From contig NC_068983.1 in assembly GCF_001194135.2 (NCBI RefSeq), positions 24,525,470 through 24,589,469 on the forward strand: a stretch of DNA of 64,000 nt. Direction: 5' to 3'. The position numbers and the translations under genes are program-made. The notes under the pieces were generated by a model. The model was not told the DNA's origin and ran no database searches. It was given only the letters and a program-made list of their open reading frames with translations. Shown here piece by piece: positions 63,904 to 64,000 of this stretch. The stretch's first letter is position 1. Each line of letters starts with the position of its first letter. This stretch comes from Octopus bimaculoides (lineage: Eukaryota).

Positions 63904-64000
63904 AGCTACTTTGCTTGTTGCAAAATCAGCAGCTGAATGTTGCTCTGCCTTAGCAAAGGTGGGAGTATTGATTTCAGTAATGTTTGTTTTGTTTGTTTGT

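Overview
This is AT-rich eukaryotic genomic DNA with ten N-gaps (~4.2 kb in total), most abutting microsatellites. The SINE, microsatellite and LINE content looks to me like an octopod cephalopod genome; that is my inference, not a database result. There are no prokaryotic features and no CRISPR array, and almost all ORFs in the supplied track are microsatellite, gap or repeat artefacts. The only well-supported host exon is a 123-nt phase 0-0 exon (45101-45223, +) encoding the start of an RRM domain of the DAZAP1/Hrp48-Musashi-hnRNP A/B type, so much of the window is probably intron of that gene. The rest is a dense nest of mobile elements: several modular tRNA-derived SINE families (letters A, B, D, E, G are my own labels), RTE and CR1/L2-type LINE fragments, probable Tx1-like and APE remnants, a Dong/R4-type RLE retrotransposon in (TAA)n, a DD37D (maT) transposon deletion derivative, Tc1-type and hAT-type MITEs, and a DINE-1/HINE-like element. 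Best candidates for follow-up: (1) a non-coding 505-bp unit with a 109-bp terminal redundancy, a 66-bp 5' inversion and a minimal type I hammerhead ribozyme (39051-39728), resembling a Penelope pLTR or non-LTR retrozyme; (2) a second hammerhead next to a tRNA B-box fragment and a 9-mer tandem tail (63601-63903); (3) a (TAA)n-centred nesting pattern in which SINE tails appear to supply target sites for other retroelements. Ribozyme activity is untested in both cases.
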